From NCBI GenBank assembly GCA_038239385.1, contig JBBSEV010000016.1:14534-78533 (forward strand): a stretch of 64,000 bases of DNA, written 5' to 3'. Positions 58,107-64,000 of the stretch are shown here, one piece after another. Both the position numbers and the translations under genes were made by a program. Numbering within the stretch: position 1 is the stretch's first letter; each line of letters starts with the position of its first letter. The DNA comes from Chitinophagales bacterium (GTDB lineage: Bacteria > Bacteroidota > Bacteroidia > Chitinophagales > Chitinophagaceae). The notes under the pieces are model-generated. The model was not told where the DNA came from. It did not search any database and saw only the letters and a program-made list of their open reading frames with translations.

Positions 58107-60344
58107 TTATTTAGGGTTGGTTAGCGTTACCGGTTGTAGTCTGTAAGACGCAACTAGACGATCGTTATTTTTCGCGGGAATCCATTTTGGTCCATTTTTT
58201 ATGGCATCTACGGAGATTTTAGCTAATTCGGATTCTTTCATTGTTGTTGCTTCGACATGACTTATGCTTCCATCCGTATTCACAATAAATTTTACAACAC
58301 AGGTTCCGAAATCCCCGTTTTTAAATAATTTCTCATTCAATTGAATTTTGCTCACGATATACTTTATCCATGCTTCATGCCCGCCCGGAAATTCAGCTTC
58401 ATTTTCTACTTTAGTAAAAAGCTTTTCAGGAATGGTATCATTTATGAAATCATTTTTTACAGAAGACGCGGCGGCCGAAGATATGGGCTCATTTTTTGAA
58501 TCTGACACATTAGGATACGGCGGCTTATTAATTATTTTTGCATCTTCAAAAACCAATACGCCATTTTTAGCTTCTGGCCCGTATTTATTCAACATCTCAA
58601 ATTCATCTCCGGAATGAATCGTAAGTATTTTTGATGTTATTGTCTTGTCTTTTAAAACCTCATTATTTACAATTTTTCCATTGACAATTAAAACTGCCTT
58701 TGGTATATAAACAATGGTTTTATTTGGTTCTGTTGTGTTTATAATTTTATCTGCTTTAAAGATGATTTTATTTTTTGTATCTATAAATACTTCATTCCTT
58801 TCTTCAAGTTTATTATGGTTTAGTCTTGCAGTTGGAATAGTGTTAACAGAATTATAGTTTCCTTTTTTTGATAAATTTTGCTCTGCATATTTTTCTATTC
58901 CATTCAAAACATTTTGAGCAATTATTTTTTGATTTTCAGGATTAATTAAATATTCAAGATCGCTTTGTGAACTGAGAAAACCTGTTTCAAGTAAAACGGA
59001 AGGGCATTGGTTGCCTTTTAAAACCCATATTCCCTGTTCACGTTGTTTTAAATCATCAGTTACCTGAAGTTGATAATTATTTTTAAATGATTCAATCAAT
59101 GCAGAGCCAAGCAACTTGCTTTCTTTCAAATAGAAGTTATCATTTTTTGGTATAAAAATAATTAGCCCGCTATGAATGTTTTTATTTTCTTCCGCATCAA
59201 CATGAATGGAAATAAACAAATCGGCTTTTTTTTCATCTGCAAATTTTACCCTGTCCTGTACAGATTTGGATTCATCTGCCTCTCTTGATAAAATAATATT
59301 TATATTTTCATTTCTGTTAAGAAGCTTGATCTCCTTCGCGATTGCAAGATTCAGATTTTTTTCTTTAGTGTTGTTTTCAACAGCACCATTGTCATCTCCA
59401 CCATGGCCAGGGTCAATAATTACCGTGATTTTTTTTCCTTCATAGTTAGTAAGCGAATTAATATTTTTCAACTTAAGAGTAAACGCCAGGAAGACTATTG
59501 CAGCCAATGGCAAAACCAATAGGCGGCTTAGATAATTTAATTTCGGATTTTTATTTTTTGTAAACATGATTAGCCTTCTTTTTAATGGTGAATGAAAAAA
59601 ATTATTGGTTATTGAGAACTGTTTTCCGGGGTAAACTGTTTGTAAAATCATTTCAGCAAATGAACTAATATCGTTGTCTTCAAGTGCTTCTTTATCTGCT
59701 ATGAATTCATGGATCATACTTAGTTCTTTTTGAATAAGCCAGAAAAATGGATTGGCCCAAAAAAATATGAGCACTACATTAGTGAATAATTTATCATAGG
59801 AATGTTTTTCTTTTACATGAGCAATTTCGTGATTGAATATCTGCTGGCCTTGCCTGGAATAAATATCAATGGCGTTATTCCAGAAAATAGAATTGAAAAA
59901 AGAAAAGGGTGTGCCTTTGGCATCTGTTGTAATGAAATTAATTCCTTCGTATTTGGTTTCAGGATATTTTTTCTTTAGCCTGAATATTCTATACATAGCA
60001 ATAAAAAAAACTGACAGAAATAGTATTGTAATTAACATATAGACTGCTCCAACTATATTTGCTGAACTAAATTGAAAGCCCCTTTGCCTGCTATATTCAA
60101 TTATTATTTCATCGCCGCTGTTAATAGTCTGTAACATTTTTACAACAGTACCCTTATCACCATCAGCTTTTTGAAAAATATTAATTTTCATGAGTGGTAC
60201 TACTAAAGCAAGAATAACAGAAGCAAGTAAATAAAACCTGTTCCATCTGTGAAAGATTTTATTGCGTAGCACCAAATAATAATATCCGCATACAATGCCT
60301 GAGCATATAATTACTTTTAAAAAATACCAAACGAGTGTTATCAT
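58107..60344 (-). CDS. BlaR1-type M56 signal-transducing peptidase fused to an Amidase_3 (N-acetylmuramoyl-L-alanine amidase) domain and a TonB C-terminal domain
   Basis: M56 region with HEIAHVKEKH (about 59560-60344). Amidase_3 region with VIIDPGHGGDDNGA...EKNLNLAIA...ADLFISIHVDA (about 58890-59435). TonB_C region with EAEFPGGHEAWIKYI (about 58107-58400). Confidence 0.85.
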   Translation of the reverse strand: MITLVWYFLKVIICSGIVCGYYYLVLRNKIFHRWNRFYLLASVILALVVPLMKINIFQKADGDKGTVVKMLQTINSGDEIIIEYSRQRGFQFSSANIVGAVYMLITILFLSVFFIAMYRIFRLKKKYPETKYEGINFITTDAKGTPFSFFNSIFWNNAIDIYSRQGQQIFNHEIAHVKEKHSYDKLFTNVVLIFFWANPFFWLIQKELSMIHEFIADKEALEDNDISSFAEMILQTVYPGKQFSITNNFFHSPLKRRLIMFTKNKNPKLNYLSRLLVLPLAAIVFLAFTLKLKNINSLTNYEGKKITVIIDPGHGGDDNGAVENNTKEKNLNLAIAKEIKLLNRNENINIILSREADESKSVQDRVKFADEKKADLFISIHVDAEENKNIHSGLIIFIPKNDNFYLKESKLLGSALIESFKNNYQLQVTDDLKQREQGIWVLKGNQCPSVLLETGFLSSQSDLEYLINPENQKIIAQNVLNGIEKYAEQNLSKKGNYNSVNTIPTARLNHNKLEERNEVFIDTKNKIIFKADKIINTTEPNKTIVYIPKAVLIVNGKIVNNEVLKDKTITSKILTIHSGDEFEMLNKYGPEAKNGVLVFEDAKIINKPPYPNVSDSKNEPISSAAASSVKNDFINDTIPEKLFTKVENEAEFPGGHEAWIKYIVSKIQLNEKLFKNGDFGTCVVKFIVNTDGSISHVEATTMKESELAKISVDAIKNGPKWIPAKNNDRLVASYRLQPVTLTNPK

Positions 60345-60352
60345 GGCAATGT

Positions 60353-60712
60353 TTATTTTTCTTTTTTCAGTTGTTTTAAAAGCAGTTCTAGGTCTTCGAT
60401 ACTTAAATTGTTTTCTTTTACCATAGAGGATACTGCATTTGAAAAAGAGCCCTCAAAGTATTTTTTTACAAGAGACTTCATACTGCCCTTTGAATAAATA
60501 TCTTTATTAACAAGTGAATAATACTGGTGGCTTCTCCCATAAACATTAACTCCTACAAAATTTTTTTCAACAAGAATTTTTAAAATAGTTGCGACAGTAT
60601 TCTGATGCGGTTTTGGGTTAGGTAGTTCATTGATGATCTCCCGTAAAAATGCTTTTTCAAGTTTCCATATCACATGCATTATTTGTTCTTCTGCCTTTGT
60701 TAATGTTTTCAT
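60353..60712 (-). CDS. BlaI/MecI/CopY family transcriptional repressor
   Basis: 119 aa. The winged-helix segment LTKAEEQIMHVIWKLEKAFLREIINEL...NTVATILKILVEKNFV. Lies 8 nt upstream of the M56 gene. Confidence 0.9.
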   Translation of the reverse strand: MKTLTKAEEQIMHVIWKLEKAFLREIINELPNPKPHQNTVATILKILVEKNFVGVNVYGRSHQYYSLVNKDIYSKGSMKSLVKKYFEGSFSNAVSSMVKENNLSIEDLELLLKQLKKEK

Positions 60713-60735
60713 CTTCCTTTATTTTTATCTAAAAG

Positions 60736-60762
60736 CAAATTTAAACTAAATATTTAGTTTAA
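60736..60762. promoter_or_regulatory. Perfect 22-bp palindrome (candidate BlaI operator) overlapping the blaI -7 box
   Basis: ttaaactaaatatttagtttaa (60741-60762) is its own reverse complement. Plus-strand caaattta (60736-60743), which is TAAATTTG on the minus strand, lies 24 nt upstream of the blaI ATG. A degenerate half-site (tagtttta) follows at about 60774. Confidence 0.6.
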
Positions 60763-60846
60763 CAACTATATTTTTAGTTTTACGAATAAAATTTATTTTT
60801 TAACAGATGTGGATCATTTCTTAGTGAGAAAATATAATTATAAAAC

Positions 60847-60854
60847 TAACTTTG
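60847..60854 (+). promoter_or_regulatory. Candidate -7 box (TAACTTTG) for ftsE
   Basis: Matches TAnnTTTG, 57 nt upstream of the ATG at 60911. Confidence 0.35.
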
Positions 60855-60910
60855 CGGCATTAATGAAAAGCATCCTTGAATAGGATAACTAATTGTTTAA
60901 GTAAATAAAT

Positions 60911-61600
60911 ATGCCAGAACAAATTTTAGAATTACGAAACGCAAATATTTACCAGGGCGAATCTCTTATTTTACAAGATGTAAACATTACAATAAACCGT
61001 GGTGAATTTGTTTACCTGGTCGGAAAAACCGGAACAGGTAAATCAAGTCTTTTGAAAACTTTGTATGGTGATCTTGGCCTTAGAGAAGGAGAAGGCAACG
61101 TTGTTGGGTATGATCTGCAATCACTTGACTGGAAAAAAATCCCTTACCTGCGTAGAAACCTTGGTGTTGTTTTCCAGGATTTTCAATTACTCACAGATCG
61201 AAATGTAAATGAAAATTTAAAGTTTGTATTAAAGGCCACCGGCTGGAAAGATGATAAATTGATGGATGAAAAAATTGCTGATGTTTTGGATAAGGTTGGC
61301 CTTAAAACAAAAGGTTTTAAAATGCCTTTTGAGTTAAGTGGCGGAGAGCAGCAAAGAGTAGATATTGCAAGGGCGCTTTTAAATTCTCCGAGACTCATAT
61401 TGGCAGATGAACCAACCGGAAATCTTGATCCGGAAACATCGGACGAGATAATGCAATTATTGTTTAATATTAGCAGGGATTATGGCACTACTATAGTTAT
61501 GGCAACTCACGATTACCCGGTAATCAACAAATTTCCTGCCCGTACTATAAAAACTGAAAGAGGTAAAGTGTATGATAATGCTACCATATCAATTGCATAA
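60911..61600 (+). CDS. ftsE: Cell-division ABC ATPase FtsE-like
   Basis: 229 aa. Walker A GKTGTGKSS, signature LSGGEQQRV, Walker B ILADEPTGNLD. Confidence 0.78.
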   Translation: MPEQILELRNANIYQGESLILQDVNITINRGEFVYLVGKTGTGKSSLLKTLYGDLGLREGEGNVVGYDLQSLDWKKIPYLRRNLGVVFQDFQLLTDRNVNENLKFVLKATGWKDDKLMDEKIADVLDKVGLKTKGFKMPFELSGGEQQRVDIARALLNSPRLILADEPTGNLDPETSDEIMQLLFNISRDYGTTIVMATHDYPVINKFPARTIKTERGKVYDNATISIA

Positions 61601-62711
61601 GCTTATGCACATTTGCATCATTATTATAACCAGTCTCTAAAATTTTCTTCCTTTCGGAAATATCATTATCTGAAAATGATTTACTAAATAAACCAGATAA
61701 TATTTTTATATTTTCATCCTGGGAATTAGCTATCTCACATAACTCCCTCACACCGGCACCATCTACAGCTTCATTATTAGCCACAACAAATTTTCCATTA
61801 AATAAGGCATTCAATAATTTTATTTTGATTCCTGTTTTATTGAAAGATGGTAGAATGTGTACGTGAGCTTTCCTTATAAGATCATCCATTTCTGCCTGTG
61901 ATGGATTTGCAACCACGCATACATTTTTATTTTTTGTAGCGATGTTGCACAAATATTTAGATGGATTTTTACCTGCAATTACAAATGGTATTGTTATAGT
62001 TTGAAAAATATTTTTCAGAATCCACAAAACAGCCATTTCATTTTCAGGTACAGATAAATTACCATGGTACAAACAAAAAGTTCCATTACCGGGTTTCGAT
62101 GTTACGTCATTAAATGGTAAAAAAACCGGTAAATATTTAATATTTTTTGAATTAAATTTTTGTATATAAGTGTTCTTATCTGTTTCACTTACAGAAAGAA
62201 AAATAGCTTTATCTGAAATGATTTTTTCGTATCGTTTTAGTAAATGGCTTTCGCTAATGAAATAAATTTTTTTAAAAATATTTTTTGTTGTCTTAGCAAG
62301 ACCTTCATAATATTCATATTCCACATTGTGTAATCGAACTATAACTTTTCTGTTCTTCAGTTGGTTTCGGTACAAAAAATAAGTACAGTGTATACCTTCT
62401 AATAAAACAGGATAATCATCTTTCAAAAGATTATTCAATAATTTTATTTCAGACCTTGACCTTACGATGTATGGTAAACGAAAGGATGAACTCCTTAAAA
62501 TATTCTTTCTTGTATAATAGTTTACAGATTTGCAATATTTATTTAGTTCAGGTTGTATGCCCCGTCCATATTCAAAACAATGTAAATGAATTGAAATGTC
62601 GTTTTCAAATAAGGATTTTATTTTGTAAAAGAGATCGTATACACCACCATAGTCAGGCGGGTAGGGCACATCATGACAAACAATATGTAGGAATTTCTCT
62701 TTAATGGTCAA
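61581..62711 (-). CDS. Glycosyltransferase (GT4/GT1-like)
   Basis: 376 aa with a C-terminal GT-B motif region (HVHILPSFNKTGIKIKLLNALFNGKFVVAN). Confidence 0.68.
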   Translation of the reverse strand: MTIKEKFLHIVCHDVPYPPDYGGVYDLFYKIKSLFENDISIHLHCFEYGRGIQPELNKYCKSVNYYTRKNILRSSSFRLPYIVRSRSEIKLLNNLLKDDYPVLLEGIHCTYFLYRNQLKNRKVIVRLHNVEYEYYEGLAKTTKNIFKKIYFISESHLLKRYEKIISDKAIFLSVSETDKNTYIQKFNSKNIKYLPVFLPFNDVTSKPGNGTFCLYHGNLSVPENEMAVLWILKNIFQTITIPFVIAGKNPSKYLCNIATKNKNVCVVANPSQAEMDDLIRKAHVHILPSFNKTGIKIKLLNALFNGKFVVANNEAVDGAGVRELCEIANSQDENIKILSGLFSKSFSDNDISERKKILETGYNNDANVHKLMQLIW

Positions 62712-62769
62712 ATAATTTTTTAATATAGATGTGGATTAATAATTTTCTGCAAGATTTTTAAAATCTTTA

Positions 62770-63852
62770 TCAGGAAATTTTTTCATAAAAATCAATTAGT
62801 TTTTTTTCTTCATTTTGCCAGTTGTAAACTTCTCTTGCATTCATACAATTTTCCTGCAGGCGGGAATAGAGATCTTTATCTTCGAGCAGACGGTTTAGCT
62901 GTACTGCAATATTTGCAGAAGATAAATCATCTATCAAAACAGCTACTTCAAATTCTTTGTTTATTTCTTCATAAGCCGGATAGTTCACACATAGCTGTGG
63001 TATTCCTGCCTGTATATAATCAAAGAACCTGTTGGCAAGAGAGTAATAGTTACTTAAGGCTTTATCATCGAAAAGCGTAATTCCAATAAAGGCTTCTTTA
63101 GTGAGGTCACTCAAAACATCAGGCTCAATTTTGCCTTTAAAAATTATTTTATCATCCAGTATATTCTCTTTCACTAATTTTCTTGCTTGTTTATAAAAAT
63201 TACCATCACCGGCAATTATAAGTGTTGCATTCACAAGTTGCATTGCCGGTATCAATGTCTCAAAACTACGTCCTTCATTTACAGCGCCCTGGTACAATAT
63301 AAATTCTTCTTCTTTATTTAGAGGCTTATAATCCTGCTTTAATGGTATACTTCTAATAATAGAATAATCTACGCCATACATTTTTTTAAATTCCCGGGCG
63401 ATTGGTTTGTTAACCGTATAGCCATTTACAAATTGTGGAACTGAAAATTGTTCAATTTTTTTCCATACCTGGTAAATTATTGGGCGGTTTATAATTTCTT
63501 TCATCTCGCAAAAAAGCTCGTGGGCATCGTAGACTCTTTTTATACTTTTGATTTTGGAACAAAAAAGGACAGGCAAAATTGTGTCGAGATCTATAGCGCA
63601 AATGCAATCTGTTTTTTTAAATAATAAGTAAAAAAATAGGCGGATATTATATTCCAGGTAGAATAATTTTCCTTTTACAAAAATGCACTTTATTCTTTTT
63701 TGATTAAACTGACGTTGGGTGACCTGGATTGAAGTTTTTAATTTTCTACCTATAAGTTCAACCTTATGCCCAGCACGTGCAAGCGTAGAGCAAATGCGTA
63801 TCATTCGCTGATCGTAACTAAGATCATTGGTAACAGTTAAGCAGATAGTCAT
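62770..63852 (-). CDS. Glycosyltransferase (GT4-like)
   Basis: 360 aa. Motifs LYQGAVNEGRSFETLI, IIAGDGN and NRFFDYIQAGIPQL. Confidence 0.68.
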   Translation of the reverse strand: MTICLTVTNDLSYDQRMIRICSTLARAGHKVELIGRKLKTSIQVTQRQFNQKRIKCIFVKGKLFYLEYNIRLFFYLLFKKTDCICAIDLDTILPVLFCSKIKSIKRVYDAHELFCEMKEIINRPIIYQVWKKIEQFSVPQFVNGYTVNKPIAREFKKMYGVDYSIIRSIPLKQDYKPLNKEEEFILYQGAVNEGRSFETLIPAMQLVNATLIIAGDGNFYKQARKLVKENILDDKIIFKGKIEPDVLSDLTKEAFIGITLFDDKALSNYYSLANRFFDYIQAGIPQLCVNYPAYEEINKEFEVAVLIDDLSSANIAVQLNRLLEDKDLYSRLQENCMNAREVYNWQNEEKKLIDFYEKIS

Positions 63853-64000
63853 TTATGAACGCCAAATATAAATTTAATAATTTCATTTTTAATTTTCGAA
63901 CAGGCTTCGGAATTTACTAAAAGTGTAATATTGTTGTAATAATTCAATAGTATGGAATCAAATTTATCTGAATTTGAGCAAGATCTGGTTTCGCGGCCAA
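63849..64000 (-). CDS. 3' end of an upstream gene entering from the right edge (partial, unknown product)
   Basis: The minus-strand frame is open from 64000 and reads ...FDSILLNYYNNITLLVNSEACSKIKNEIIKFIFGVHK*. It ends with an ATGA overlap onto the glycosyltransferase start at 63852. Confidence 0.45.
   Translation of the reverse strand, partial: GRETRSCSNSDKFDSILLNYYNNITLLVNSEACSKIKNEIIKFIFGVHK

Noticed and set aside
63952-64000. Plus-strand ORF start MESNLSEFEQDLVSRP... at the right edge.
   Set aside because: It competes with a minus-strand frame that is open to the window edge and ends in an ATGA overlap with the downstream glycosyltransferase. I favour the minus-strand reading, but neither can be proven from 150 nt.
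1-64000. Search by eye for rRNA, tRNA, CRISPR arrays, riboswitch-like leaders, prophage genes or known defence genes (restriction, Cas, Abi, toxin-antitoxin, retron RT).
   Set aside because: None recognised. Intergenic regions are short or AT-rich without cloverleaf-like or repeat-spacer structure. A covariance-model scan (Infernal/Rfam, tRNAscan-SE) and DefenseFinder/PADLOC would be the decisive checks.

Overview
AT-rich Bacteroidota-type chromosomal segment. The taxon call rests on T9SS C-terminal sorting domains, TAnnTTTG -7 promoter boxes, propeller/Y_Y_Y sensor kinases and TonB-dependent receptor/DUF4249 modules. I support about 52 protein-coding genes. I recognised no rRNA, tRNA or CRISPR array, and no obvious phage-defence or prophage genes. 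Most of the window is housekeeping or envelope content. This includes peptidoglycan remodelling genes (VanX-type dipeptidase, L,D-transpeptidase, RlpA, OmpA), kdsA, GT9 and GT4 glycosyltransferases, several transporters, an mntR/mntH pair, a manA/fucP-like pair and ftsE. The most accessory-looking stretch is about 42.0-47.7 kb. It holds a mini-catalase convergent with a two-gene operon: an unnamed, internally duplicated membrane protein followed by a DyP-type peroxidase. That operon abuts nested IS4-like and IS982-like transposase debris, and it is my best candidate for an undescribed system. Other items worth a second look:
- An alpha-glucan phosphorylase whose PLP-binding lysine reads as threonine.
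- A BlaI/BlaR1-type pair whose sensor carries an Amidase_3 domain plus a TonB C-terminal domain, with a perfect 22-bp palindromic operator over its promoter.
- A diverged relic of the mntH-USP gene 3' end next to GC-rich hairpins.
- Two architecturally parallel cassettes, each a T9SS propeller cargo and a lipoprotein divergent from a propeller sensor kinase and response regulator.
- A tightly coupled four-gene TonB-receptor operon of unknown function.
All family assignments are motif recognition by eye. No database search was run.
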